The notes under the pieces: model-generated
What the model saw: only the letters and a program-made list of their open reading frames with translations
Told to the model about the DNA's origin: nothing
The model's database searches: none
Source of the DNA: an uncultured Polyangiaceae bacterium
GTDB taxonomy: Bacteria; Myxococcota_A; Polyangia; Polyangiales; Polyangiaceae
Direction of reading: 5' to 3'
NCBI GenBank assembly: GCA_964487605.1
Contig: CAZARU010000014.1
Location: forward strand, 2,495 to 66,494
DNA: 64,000 nucleotides
Position numbers and translations under genes: made by a program
In this document: positions 27,776 to 37,354 of the stretch, piece after piece
Numbering within the stretch: the stretch's first letter is position 1
How the letters are laid out: every line of letters starts with the position of its first letter

Positions 27776-30700
27776 TCAGTGAACGCAGCGTAGTTTGGTT
27801 CGCGCCCCCTCCGAGGCCACGATCAGCGGCGACGACGCCTTCGGCGCGCTCGGCAAGGGCGCGGCGGTCATCGCGGCTCGTACGTCGCCATCCACGCGGG
27901 CCGCCAGCGCATCGACGCAGAGTCCGCGGCGACTGGCGATGAGACGCACTTGCACGTCGTGCAGCCCCGTCCCGTGGCGCTCTGGAACGACGTCGAGGTA
28001 GGGCTCGATCGGAGCACGGCCGACGAGGACCCAGCCTTCCTCGTCGCTCGTGCACGGCGCGGGCGTCGGGCCGAGCGTTCCCGGTGCGAGCACGAGAGGC
28101 GCGTGGGCGGCACCCGAGCGGGCATCGAGCGGAAAGACGTACCAGGACGTCGCGGCGCCGTGCAGCTGCGCGTCCACGACCCATAGCCCGACCGCGTCTC
28201 CACGAGCGCTGCGCACGAGCCGGACCGAGCTGGAGCCCACCGGCTGGCGTGTGTACTCGTGAAAGAGGCGCGCCTCCGCGTTCTCGACGACGAAGACGCG
28301 AAACGTCCGCGGACCTGCCGATGCGCCGATGAACCATCCCCGATCCGTCTTCGCGACACCGGCGATCCCCTGGCTCTCCCAGGCGCCAGGGAGCGTCACG
28401 GGTACGATGGCGCGGTCCTCCTCGAGCAGGTGCAGCTCCGGAGGGACCCCGCGGGTGAGCATCGCGAGTACGCCCGCGCGGTCGGACGCGTCGAAGTCGG
28501 CTGCCCAGGACACCGGGAACGTGCTCGAGGGGTGCTGACCGAAGCGCTGGCCCGCGGCCACGGCGTCGGCCCACGGCGAGCGAGACGGTAGCGTCGACCA
28601 CACGGCGCCCCGGGCCACGAACCGATCGACGCCACGCACGAGGAAGCGACCGGTGCGTGACCATTCCGCGCCCCGTGGTCCCCACGCGTAGCCTCGCACG
28701 CGCGCCACGTGTCCGTCCGTCCCGGCGTCGAAGCGGGCGTCGTCCTCGGCGAGCGCGGGGGGCGCCAGACCGGCGAAGGGCAGCCAGCTCGCCGTCGCAG
28801 GCGAGACGCCGCGCACGGGCGGCCGCGCGAACGGCGAGGGCCGTCTGACGGTGGCGGGAGCCGCGCTCCGCGTCGGCCCCTCGTGAGGCGCCGTCTCGCC
28901 GGTGCTCGAGCACCGAAACTGCCAGCGCCCTCCACGCGGCAAGCCTGATGCCGCGGGCTTCGGATCGGGGGCCGAAGCGAGCGGCTGCTGGGTCTTGCCG
29001 TCGGACCATCCCACGCGCAGCCACGTCCCGGCGAGGCAGCCCACGGGCGAGCATCCACGCTCTTCGCGGGCCCGGGCGCCACCCTTCGCCGGCAGACCCC
29101 CGCCCCTCTCCGCGAGGCCCGGCGGGACCTCGACCTCGGCCCAGTCGAAGCCACCGTTCGTGGTCTCCAGGGCGAGACCGGGGCGGCCGATCGCGAGCGC
29201 GAAAGGGCCCGATACGAGCGTGCGGTCGATGTCGTCCTGCATCGCGCCGACGCGCACCACCCCGTCGAGACCAACCGCGACGCCCACGAACGGTCCTGCC
29301 GCCGCGACCCAGCCCTTGAGCTCACGCCCCTCCTGAACGAATCCATCCAGCCAGAGACCCTTCCTCAGCAGCGCGCGGGCGGGCTCTTCGAGGGTCTTCG
29401 GGAGCGAGAGCGGAACGCTCTTCGTCGCTCCGTCGCGAGCCACGATAGTCAGTCGTCCGCGGACGCCACCGCGAGGCGGGACGATCACGACGGCGCGGCC
29501 GTCGTCGAGGGCCACCACGCGTTCGGCGCCGAGATCGCCGCGCAAGGCGACCTCCCTGAGCTCCCCCGAAGGACTCCGGATGCAGTACGTACGAGCGAGG
29601 TTCGCGTCGGCCGCTGCCTGACACGGACCGCGGACGACCAGCGCTCCGTTGTCCGACGCGGCGACGTAACGCGGACCGTCGAACGACAGCACGGGGCGCA
29701 GGGAGTCGTTCGCGTGAAGCTCGTAGACGACGGTCGCCCCTTGCGCCTTCCCGCACACGAAACCGATGCCCGACCCGACCCGCGCCGCATGGCACTCGCC
29801 GCCCGGGTAGGCGCCCTCGATCCGCGAAACGACCTTCCCGTCCGAGACGCGCACGCGGGACAGCGCGCCTCCTTCGGCAACGACGGCGGTGGAGGCATCG
29901 ACGGGAAAGCCGTGCAGCACCGCGCTGGCGAGCGGAAGGCGTCCGGCGAGGAGTCCCGCGACGGCCCCGGGCACGACGCGGTCGCCGGGAGCCTCGGCGA
30001 AACCGGCGGGCGCGAGCCTGGGCCGCGCCGGCGCGAACAGCAGGTCGGCGGAGCCGCTCCTCGCGCGTCCGCTGAGGCGGCCGCTCGCGTCCAGCTCCAG
30101 GACGCCGACGTCCGTGTGGAGCGTCAACGAGTCACCCTCGAGGGCGACGTGGGGAGGGACCGTGCGAACGCCTGCGGGATGCCAGCTCGCCCCTGCATCG
30201 AAGGTGATCAGAACACCGCGGTAGTCGGCCTCGACGGCGGCGAGCCACTCGTCGGCGAACGCCATGGCGCCGAAGGCGGGCGACGCGGGGAGCGCACCGA
30301 CGTCGAGCACGGCGCCGGTACGGGCATCCAGGGCGAGGAGATCCCCTGACGATTCGCCGACGGCGTAGAGGCGGTCGAACCCCGCGACGACGGCCCGAAC
30401 GTCGCTTCCGAGGCGCGCGAGCGGTGCGAGCTTTCCGGTCCAGTGCTCGCTGCGCCAGATGCGCGTCGTGGAGCCGCCACTGGTGTGGAACACCCACCCG
30501 CCACCCAGTCTGGCGGGCAGCTCCAGAGGCACGATGGCGCGGCCGGCCGGGAACAGCTCTTCGGCGTACTCCACGACTCCGTCGCGGCGAACGATCAGCC
30601 TGACGTCGTCCACCACGAGCAGGCGCGACCCGTCGGGCTGCGTGCTCGAGAAGCCGACCCCCTCGTCTCGCGGAAGCGCGAGGAGGCGCGCCGGAGAGAT

Positions 30701-30832
30701 GCGTCGCGGAGGCTTCACGACCTTCGCGGAGGGAGCGGAAGAGGGCGCAGTGGACCAGGACACCTGCGTGGGCGCGCACGCCACCGCGAGGAGCGCTGCG
30801 CCGGCGCACGACCGCTGGAACGGAGCTCGCAT
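27776..30832 (-). CDS. large (1018 aa) putative lipoprotein, unknown function, possible beta-propeller
   Basis: Signal/lipobox-like LLAVAC. Two Asp-box-like motifs (FDAGASW, TNGGFDW). Coding-like codon bias throughout. No catalytic motif recognised. Confidence 0.65.
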   Translation of the reverse strand: MRAPFQRSCAGAALLAVACAPTQVSWSTAPSSAPSAKVVKPPRRISPARLLALPRDEGVGFSSTQPDGSRLLVVDDVRLIVRRDGVVEYAEELFPAGRAIVPLELPARLGGGWVFHTSGGSTTRIWRSEHWTGKLAPLARLGSDVRAVVAGFDRLYAVGESSGDLLALDARTGAVLDVGALPASPAFGAMAFADEWLAAVEADYRGVLITFDAGASWHPAGVRTVPPHVALEGDSLTLHTDVGVLELDASGRLSGRARSGSADLLFAPARPRLAPAGFAEAPGDRVVPGAVAGLLAGRLPLASAVLHGFPVDASTAVVAEGGALSRVRVSDGKVVSRIEGAYPGGECHAARVGSGIGFVCGKAQGATVVYELHANDSLRPVLSFDGPRYVAASDNGALVVRGPCQAAADANLARTYCIRSPSGELREVALRGDLGAERVVALDDGRAVVIVPPRGGVRGRLTIVARDGATKSVPLSLPKTLEEPARALLRKGLWLDGFVQEGRELKGWVAAAGPFVGVAVGLDGVVRVGAMQDDIDRTLVSGPFALAIGRPGLALETTNGGFDWAEVEVPPGLAERGGGLPAKGGARAREERGCSPVGCLAGTWLRVGWSDGKTQQPLASAPDPKPAASGLPRGGRWQFRCSSTGETAPHEGPTRSAAPATVRRPSPFARPPVRGVSPATASWLPFAGLAPPALAEDDARFDAGTDGHVARVRGYAWGPRGAEWSRTGRFLVRGVDRFVARGAVWSTLPSRSPWADAVAAGQRFGQHPSSTFPVSWAADFDASDRAGVLAMLTRGVPPELHLLEEDRAIVPVTLPGAWESQGIAGVAKTDRGWFIGASAGPRTFRVFVVENAEARLFHEYTRQPVGSSSVRLVRSARGDAVGLWVVDAQLHGAATSWYVFPLDARSGAAHAPLVLAPGTLGPTPAPCTSDEEGWVLVGRAPIEPYLDVVPERHGTGLHDVQVRLIASRRGLCVDALAARVDGDVRAAMTAAPLPSAPKASSPLIVASEGARTKLRCVH

Positions 30833-30987
30833 CGACGCCCGCGAATCTAGTACCGCGCACCCGAAGTTCCCAGCCGGGTCCGAGCCGCGTCACCGCTCCG
30901 GGCGCCGGAGTGGCACCGCGCCGGCGGAACTCGTTCGGGTTGCGCGCAGAGTGGCCTCGGGCATAGCTTGCGCCGAGGAGCCACCCC

Positions 30988-31986
30988 ATGAGTCGCGTCG
31001 TCGCAGTCGTCGGAGCCACGGGAGCCGTCGGTCGGGAAATGATACGGACCCTCGAGCGCCGGAAGTTCCCGCTGTCGAGGCTCGTGGCGCTGGCCAGCGA
31101 GCGCTCGGCGGGTACGGAGCTCGACTTCGCCGGCGGGCGGGTCCGGGTGGAGAAGCTCGGCCCCGACTCCTTCGTGGGGGTGGACATTGCGCTCTTCAGC
31201 TGCGGCGCGGGCCCGTCCAGGGAGCTCGCCCCGTCCGCGGCGAAGGCGGGCGCCGTGGTCATCGACAATTCGAGCGCGTGGCGAATGGACCCGGACTGCC
31301 CGCTGGTCGTTCCCGAGGTGAACCCCGAGGCCGCCAGGGTTCGACCCAAGGGCATCATCGCCAACCCCAACTGCAGCACGATCCAGATGGTCGTGGCGCT
31401 CAAGCCCCTCCACGACGCGGCGCGGCTGCGACACGTCGTCGTGTCGACGTATCAGGCGACCAGCGGCAAGGGGCAGAAGGGCGCGGACGAACTCCGCGCG
31501 CAGATCGCCGCCGTTGGCGCGGGACGTCCCGCGGTGGTCTCGGCGTTTCCGGCGCAGATCGCCATGAACGTCCTGTCCGACTGGAAACCCGCGGACGACG
31601 GCGCGCACTCCGAGGAAGAGCTGAAGATGATCAACGAGACGCGGAAGATCCTCGGGGACGACACCATCGGCGTCACGCCCACCTGCGTTCGAGTCCCCGT
31701 GATCACCGGTCACTCCGAGGCCATTCACGCTCAGTTCCACCGTCCGCTCTCCGCGAGGGAGGCCCGCGAGCTGCTCTCGAAGGCTCCGGGCGTCGTCCTG
31801 GGACCTGCCGCGTACGGCCCCGGGGCGGAGCCAAAGCCCCTCGACGCCGCGGACACGGACCCGGTCTACGTCGGACGGATTCGCGACGACCTGGCGATCC
31901 CGGGCGCGATCAACCTCTGGGTCGTCTCGGACAACCTGCGCAAGGGCGCCGCCCTAAACGCCGTTCAGATCGCAGAGCTTCTCTGA
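30988..31986 (+). CDS. asd: aspartate-semialdehyde dehydrogenase
   Basis: VVGATGAVG Rossmann motif and active-site NPNCST. SD-like GAGGAG lies 8 nt upstream of the ATG. Confidence 0.95.
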   Translation: MSRVVAVVGATGAVGREMIRTLERRKFPLSRLVALASERSAGTELDFAGGRVRVEKLGPDSFVGVDIALFSCGAGPSRELAPSAAKAGAVVIDNSSAWRMDPDCPLVVPEVNPEAARVRPKGIIANPNCSTIQMVVALKPLHDAARLRHVVVSTYQATSGKGQKGADELRAQIAAVGAGRPAVVSAFPAQIAMNVLSDWKPADDGAHSEEELKMINETRKILGDDTIGVTPTCVRVPVITGHSEAIHAQFHRPLSAREARELLSKAPGVVLGPAAYGPGAEPKPLDAADTDPVYVGRIRDDLAIPGAINLWVVSDNLRKGAALNAVQIAELL

Positions 31987-31989
31987 CAC

Positions 31990-32988
31990 ATGGAGACGAC
32001 CGCCACGCGCCGGCCCGTCGCTCCCGAGGCGGAAGAGATCCTGGGGCTCTACTTCCCCGTTCTCGATCACGGGTTCGTCGCGCTCGTCGACTACATGGGC
32101 ACGGACGAGTGCATCGAGCGCGCCGCGCGCGTGAGCTACGGCTACGGTACACGCAAGAAGAACCTGACGCGCGGACTCCTGCGCTACCTGCGCCGGCACC
32201 TGCACACGACGCCGAGCGAGATGGTCGAACTGAAGTTCCACTGCTGCATGCCCATGTTCGTGGCACGGCAGTGGATCCGTCATCGCACCGCGAACGTGAA
32301 CGAGTACAGCGGTCGCTACTCACTCATGCCGATGCTGTTCTACACGCCTCCCCGTGAGCAGCTGCAGACACAGAGCCAGCAGAACAACCAGGGGCGAAGC
32401 GGCGCGAGCGTCACCGACGAGCAGTACGCCGAGGCCGTGGAGCGCTGGAACGCCGTTCGCGAGGCCAGCGCCTCGGCCTACGAGTGGATGACGGCAGAGG
32501 CCATCGCGCGGGAACTCGCGCGCATCGACCTGCCGCTCTCGACCTACACGCAGTGGTACTGGAAGGTGGACCTGCACAACCTGCTGCACTTCCTCTCGCT
32601 CCGCGTCGATCCGCACGCGCAGTGGGAGATAAGGGAGTTCGGGCGCGTGATGGCCGGCATGCTCAAGCGCGTGGCGCCTCTGAGCTACGAAGCGTGGATC
32701 GACTACGACGTGTGCGGTGCTCGAATGAGCCACGCAGAGCTGCAGGCGGTACGACGGCTGGTCACCACGTCGGACGGCGGCCTGCAGGCACGCCCGGCGT
32801 CGCTGTCGGCGTCGGAGCTGGACGCGCTGGGCCTGAGCGCGCGCGAGCAGCGCGAGCTGGCCGAGAAGCTCGCACCTCGGGACCGCCCGGAGTTCGACCT
32901 GCCGGCGAGCCTGGGCAGGCCCGGAGCTTGGTTCGCGGAGCGCTTCGCCGCCGCGGTGCCGAAGGCCGACCGACGACCCGAGGACTGA
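31990..32988 (+). CDS. thyX: FAD-dependent thymidylate synthase ThyX
   Basis: ThyX signature RHRTANVNEYSGRYS (RHRxxSxxxxSxRY). Starts 3 nt after the asd stop. About 90 aa of extra C-terminal sequence. Confidence 0.92.
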   Translation: METTATRRPVAPEAEEILGLYFPVLDHGFVALVDYMGTDECIERAARVSYGYGTRKKNLTRGLLRYLRRHLHTTPSEMVELKFHCCMPMFVARQWIRHRTANVNEYSGRYSLMPMLFYTPPREQLQTQSQQNNQGRSGASVTDEQYAEAVERWNAVREASASAYEWMTAEAIARELARIDLPLSTYTQWYWKVDLHNLLHFLSLRVDPHAQWEIREFGRVMAGMLKRVAPLSYEAWIDYDVCGARMSHAELQAVRRLVTTSDGGLQARPASLSASELDALGLSAREQRELAEKLAPRDRPEFDLPASLGRPGAWFAERFAAAVPKADRRPED

Positions 32989-33039
32989 ATCCGGCGGTCA
33001 CCCTGGCGGCCCTGGCGCCGTGGCTCTAGGTTTCGAGGC

Positions 33040-33999
33040 ATGACGCTGGCCTCGGCGACCGACCCGGCGCTCTCCGCGCTCGACCTCGACGCGGAAATCC
33101 GCCGGCTGAAGCGCGAGCGAAACGCCGTGCTCCTGGCCCACTACTATCAGGAGAGCGACATCCAGGATGTCGCGGACTTCATCGGAGACTCGCTGCAGCT
33201 GGCGCAGGAGGCCAAGCGGACGAACGCCGACGTCATCCTCTTCGCCGGAGTTCACTTCATGGCCGAGACGGCGAAGATCCTGAACCCCGAGCGCGTCGTG
33301 CTGGTCCCCGACATGGCAGCGGGCTGCTCCCTCGCCGACGGTTGCCGGGTCGAGAGCTTTCGTGCCTGGAAGGCGCGGTTCGCGAGCAACGCGGTGGCCA
33401 TCTCGTACATCAACTGCTCCGCGGCCGTGAAGGCCGAGAGCGACATCATCTGCACCTCGGCGAACGCGAAGCGGATCGTGGAGTCCGTACCCGCGAGTCG
33501 CCAGGTGCTGTTCGCCCCGGACAAGAACCTGGGCCGCTGGCTCATCAAGGAGACGGGCCGCGACCTCGCGCTCTACCCTGCCACGTGCATCGTCCACGAG
33601 ACCTTCAGTCAGCGAAAGCTCGTCGCGCTCAAGACCGCGCACCCCGAGGCGAAGATCATCGCGCATCCCGAGTGCGACTCCGCTCTCCTCGCCCTGGCGG
33701 ATTTCGTCGGGTCCACGTCGAAGCTCCTCGACTACGTCGGCACCGATTCTGCGCGGAGCTACATCGTCGCGACGGAGTCCGGCATCCTGCACCAGATGAG
33801 GAAGCGGGCGCCGGACAAGGAGCTGATCGCCGCCCCGCCGGAAGGCAACTGCGCGTGCAACGAGTGCCCGTTCATGCGCCTCAACACGCCGGAGAAGGTC
33901 TACCTGGCGCTCCGCGATCTCGCGCCGCGCCTGGAGATGGACGAAGACCTCCGCCTGCGCGCGAAGAAGCCCATCGACCGGATGCTCGAGCTGAGCTGA
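33040..33999 (+). CDS. nadA: quinolinate synthase NadA
   Basis: LLAHYYQ, VHFMAETAKIL, CSLA, and Cys ligands including CACNECPFM. Typical length of 319 aa. Confidence 0.94.
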   Translation: MTLASATDPALSALDLDAEIRRLKRERNAVLLAHYYQESDIQDVADFIGDSLQLAQEAKRTNADVILFAGVHFMAETAKILNPERVVLVPDMAAGCSLADGCRVESFRAWKARFASNAVAISYINCSAAVKAESDIICTSANAKRIVESVPASRQVLFAPDKNLGRWLIKETGRDLALYPATCIVHETFSQRKLVALKTAHPEAKIIAHPECDSALLALADFVGSTSKLLDYVGTDSARSYIVATESGILHQMRKRAPDKELIAAPPEGNCACNECPFMRLNTPEKVYLALRDLAPRLEMDEDLRLRAKKPIDRMLELS

Positions 34000-34037
34000 A
34001 AACCCGGCGGCGGCCCGCGCGGCCGACCTCCGGTGGC

Positions 34038-35987
34038 TCAGTCCCGCTTCTTCCCGGGAAGGCGTCCGAAGGTCTGCAGCGCGAGATCCTTCAGGTCACC
34101 GCACGCCTCGGCGCCGAGACTCTCCTTCTCCAGCGGATCCTTCGCCAGGTCGTAGCACTTCCAGCTCGCGTCCCAGGACCGGGCTTCGAGCTTCATCGTG
34201 CCTCGCATGTAGCCCCAGTTCTCGAAGGCGCAGCTCCACACCCCCGCGCAGTTGGTCAGGGGCATGGCGCGCGGGTTCGCCTTCGCGCGGAGCAGGCTCT
34301 CTCCGAGCATCCGGTCTCGGTACGGATCGAGGGCGCGATCCACCCAGACGCCCATCAGATCCATGACGGTGGCCGAGAGGTCCGCGTGGAACACGTACCT
34401 GTCGCCCTGCCGACGGAGATTCATCGCCTCTTCGTCGGTGAGCGTTCCGGGCGGCGCGTCGATCCAGCCGGGAACGTGGATCTCCTCGTCGAGCACGCTG
34501 AACGTGTGACCCATCTGCCCGTGCTCGCGGAACGCCTCGGCGTGATCGCTCGTGTAGACGACGACCGTGCGCCGCCCCGCATCGGAGGATCGCAGATGGG
34601 AGAGCATGGCGGCGACGTGCAGGTCCTGCTGGTGGACCGAGTTCTGATACTGGTTGAAGAAGTGGGCGTTGTCCTCGGGCGCCTTGCTCGTCGTGGCAGG
34701 CTGAAAGGGCTGTGGCAGGTCGTCCCGCACCCAGTACGGGTAGTGGACGTTGGACAGCTGAACGACGGCGAGGAACGGTTCGCGCAGCTCGCCGATCTCG
34801 CGATTGACGTGAGCGGCGAGGAGATCCTCGGGGGCTCCCATGTCGAGGTCGCACGTCGGGTCCAGATCGGTCGCGCTGACGAACTTCGAAACGCCCAGGT
34901 TCTTCACCCAGAGGCGCGCGTTGCCGAACATCATGTTCTGACTCGTCCAGAACGCCGTGTCCCATCCTGCCGCCCGGGCGTAATCGAACACCAGCGGCCA
35001 CGTGTGCAGGACGTCCCGCGACTCGTGAGGCCCCACGCCGGCCCACAGCACCGCCAGCGAGATGGCGGTGGACGACGCCTGGGAGCGAAGCTGCCGGAGT
35101 GGGAACCGGTTCGGGGCGAGGCGGTTCGTGTACTCCGTACGGCGACACGTGGCCTCGTAGTCGATGCACGCGGCGTCTGCGCGGACGCTCTCCAGGATCA
35201 CGAGGACGACGTTGCGCGGGCGTGGCGGCCGCGACCCGATGGCGGCGACCGGGAGCGACTCACGGACTCGTGGTCGAAGCTGGTTCGATTGATCCGTGAA
35301 GCCGAGCTGCGTGCGCGCCAACCCGCCGACGGCGTGCAGGTACAGCATGTCGGGCAGGGACGCCTGGAGGTGGCGATGCTGGGTCGGAATGAAGAACGAA
35401 GCCAGCAGCCCGAGCGGCGCTAGAATCGACGCCACGAGCGCGCGCAAGGGTCTCGGTCGCAGGACGCGTCTGCCGGCGACGACCAGAAGCAGCGCGAAGG
35501 CTCCGGGGACCGCCTTCGCCTTCAGGTAGTTTCCCGCGTCGGCGAAGAGCTGGTTCACCACGCTGTCCATGAAGTTCGAGGCGAACAGCGACACGTCGAC
35601 GTTGAGGTAGGCGTTGTACTGCTCGTAGAAGTACGCCTGCCCTCCGAACGCGAAGGACGCCGCGACGACGAACAGCCCGCCCGAGATCCAGCGGCCCACG
35701 CCGCGACGGCGCGAGGCCGCGTAGAGGAGCAACCCCCAGACGAACGCGCTCTCGAGGACCGAGCCCGCGTACGTCCACCGGTAGTAGGGCTCGAGCGCCA
35801 ACAGCCTGTCCGAACGCCGGGCGAAGTCGGTCCCCACGGCGGCAAGAACGGGAACCAGCAGCACCAGCCAGCCCAGGCGGCGTCGCCAGAGGACGACAGC
35901 GCGCAGCCGCCGAAGCGGTCCGCCGCCGGAAGTCCCCGACGGTTCGGAGGGTCGCGCCGCGACGAGCGCGTCGTTGGTCACGTGCAA
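34038..35987 (-). CDS. membrane-anchored sulfatase/alkaline-phosphatase-superfamily protein (phosphoethanolamine-transferase or LTA-synthase-like)
   Basis: About 5 N-terminal TM helices, then NVVLVILESVRAD and VVVYTSDHAEAF...HGQMGH motifs typical of the sulfatase fold. The start codon is non-ATG and uncertain. Confidence 0.78.
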   Translation of the reverse strand: MHVTNDALVAARPSEPSGTSGGGPLRRLRAVVLWRRRLGWLVLLVPVLAAVGTDFARRSDRLLALEPYYRWTYAGSVLESAFVWGLLLYAASRRRGVGRWISGGLFVVAASFAFGGQAYFYEQYNAYLNVDVSLFASNFMDSVVNQLFADAGNYLKAKAVPGAFALLLVVAGRRVLRPRPLRALVASILAPLGLLASFFIPTQHRHLQASLPDMLYLHAVGGLARTQLGFTDQSNQLRPRVRESLPVAAIGSRPPRPRNVVLVILESVRADAACIDYEATCRRTEYTNRLAPNRFPLRQLRSQASSTAISLAVLWAGVGPHESRDVLHTWPLVFDYARAAGWDTAFWTSQNMMFGNARLWVKNLGVSKFVSATDLDPTCDLDMGAPEDLLAAHVNREIGELREPFLAVVQLSNVHYPYWVRDDLPQPFQPATTSKAPEDNAHFFNQYQNSVHQQDLHVAAMLSHLRSSDAGRRTVVVYTSDHAEAFREHGQMGHTFSVLDEEIHVPGWIDAPPGTLTDEEAMNLRRQGDRYVFHADLSATVMDLMGVWVDRALDPYRDRMLGESLLRAKANPRAMPLTNCAGVWSCAFENWGYMRGTMKLEARSWDASWKCYDLAKDPLEKESLGAEACGDLKDLALQTFGRLPGKKRD

Positions 35988-36026
35988 GGCCGCGAAACCT
36001 TATCCGCGCCCGAGCGACGGTCAAAC

Positions 36027-36824
36027 TCAGACCTCGGTCATGGCACTGGTGAGGAGGTAGTTGGCGACGAGAATGGCGACGGCGCTCTGTACCACGGCGC
36101 GCGTGGTCGCCAGCCCCACGCCTCGCGCTCCCCCGGACGCGTGAAAGCCCTGCGCGCAGGAGATGGCGGCGATGAGGAACCCGAAGACCGCCGACTTCAC
36201 GAGCCCCATGCGAAAGTCCGCGACGCCGGCGTACTGGTCGATGCGCGCCAGGAACACGCCCGGATCGACCCCCAGGCCCTGAACCGCCACGACCCAGGCG
36301 CCAGCCATTCCCACGCACGTGTAGAGGATGCCGAGCAGCGGTACCATGACCACCGAAGCCACCAGGCGCGGCGAGAGGAGGTACTGCACCGGGCTGACCG
36401 CCATGGTCGTCAGCGCGTCGATCTGCTCGGTGACCCGCATGTTGCCGAGCTCTGCCGCCATGGCGCTACCTGCGCGCGCGGTGACCATGAGCGACGCGAA
36501 CACCGGGCTGATCTCCCTTGCCAGCGAGATCGCCACGATCGCGCCCACGCTGCCCTCGGCGCTGAACTGACGGAGGCTGTGCACCGTCTGGAGCGCCAGC
36601 ACCATCCCGCTGAAGACCCCGGTGAGCGACACGATGAAGATCGACTGTACGCCGATGAACTCCATCATCGAGAACAGCTGCCCGAGGCGATACGGGGGAC
36701 GGATGGCCCATACGAGCGTTCGCCACGTGAGCACGAGCACCACTCCCACCGCGTCGAAGAAGTCGAAGACCGGTGCGGTCACACCCGCGAGGAGCCCCGC
36801 CACACCGCGTCGTTCCGCTTCCAC
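36027..36824 (-). CDS. mlaE: MlaE-family ABC transporter permease
   Basis: LAREISPVFASLMVTARAGSAMAAELGNMRVTEQIDAL is the conserved MlaE/YrbE core. 265 aa with a GTG start. Confidence 0.85.
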   Translation of the reverse strand: MEAERRGVAGLLAGVTAPVFDFFDAVGVVLVLTWRTLVWAIRPPYRLGQLFSMMEFIGVQSIFIVSLTGVFSGMVLALQTVHSLRQFSAEGSVGAIVAISLAREISPVFASLMVTARAGSAMAAELGNMRVTEQIDALTTMAVSPVQYLLSPRLVASVVMVPLLGILYTCVGMAGAWVVAVQGLGVDPGVFLARIDQYAGVADFRMGLVKSAVFGFLIAAISCAQGFHASGGARGVGLATTRAVVQSAVAILVANYLLTSAMTEV

Positions 36825-36871
36825 GGACCGGTTCTAGAGGTCCGCCGGAGCGTGGGCAAGGGGAAGCCGCG

Positions 36872-37354
36872 TCAATCGCCGACGCCCGGCTCGGCCGCGC
36901 AAGCTCGCTCGAACCACCGTTGCGACCTCGCTCCCGTCGCCGACACACGGGCACGGCGAGGAGCCACCGCGAGCTGCACGACGAGGCCATCGCCACCGAG
37001 CACGCGCAGATGGTCGAGCCCCCACTCCACGACGACGACCCGCCCCTCGCGGCGCAGGGCGTCCACGCCGAGGGCGGCGACCTCGTCCTCGTTCCGGATC
37101 CGGTAGACGTCGGCGTGGGCGATGGGCGGCACGAGCGGGTACTCGTTCACGAGCGTGAACGTCGGGCTCGTGACTCGTTCGACCGCGGGGAGGCCTCTTG
37201 CCCGCAGAAAGCCCCGCGCGAGGAACGTCTTTCCCGCGCCGAGAGGTCCTTCGAGCACGAGCAGATCACCCGCCACGGCGTGGGAGGCGAGTCGGCGAGC
37301 CAGGCGGAGCGTCGCGCGCCGACTGGGAAGATCGATCTCGACCACGGCCGTCAT
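36872..37354 (-). CDS. tsaE: tRNA t6A37 biosynthesis protein TsaE (YjeE ATPase)
   Basis: GPLGAGKTFLARG Walker A, SPTFTLVNEY and HADVYR motifs. Its ATG overlaps the stop of the upstream gene (ATGA). The 678-aa track ORF over-extends. Confidence 0.85.
   Translation of the reverse strand: MTAVVEIDLPSRRATLRLARRLASHAVAGDLLVLEGPLGAGKTFLARGFLRARGLPAVERVTSPTFTLVNEYPLVPPIAHADVYRIRNEDEVAALGVDALRREGRVVVVEWGLDHLRVLGGDGLVVQLAVAPRRARVSATGARSQRWFERACAAEPGVGD

Noticed and set aside
30911-30943. TGGCAC ... TTGC upstream of asd, considered as a sigma-54 promoter. A TGGCCGGAACTGCA at about 59320 was also considered.
   Set aside because: The GG-to-GC spacing is about 30 nt and 10 nt respectively, instead of the required 12 nt.
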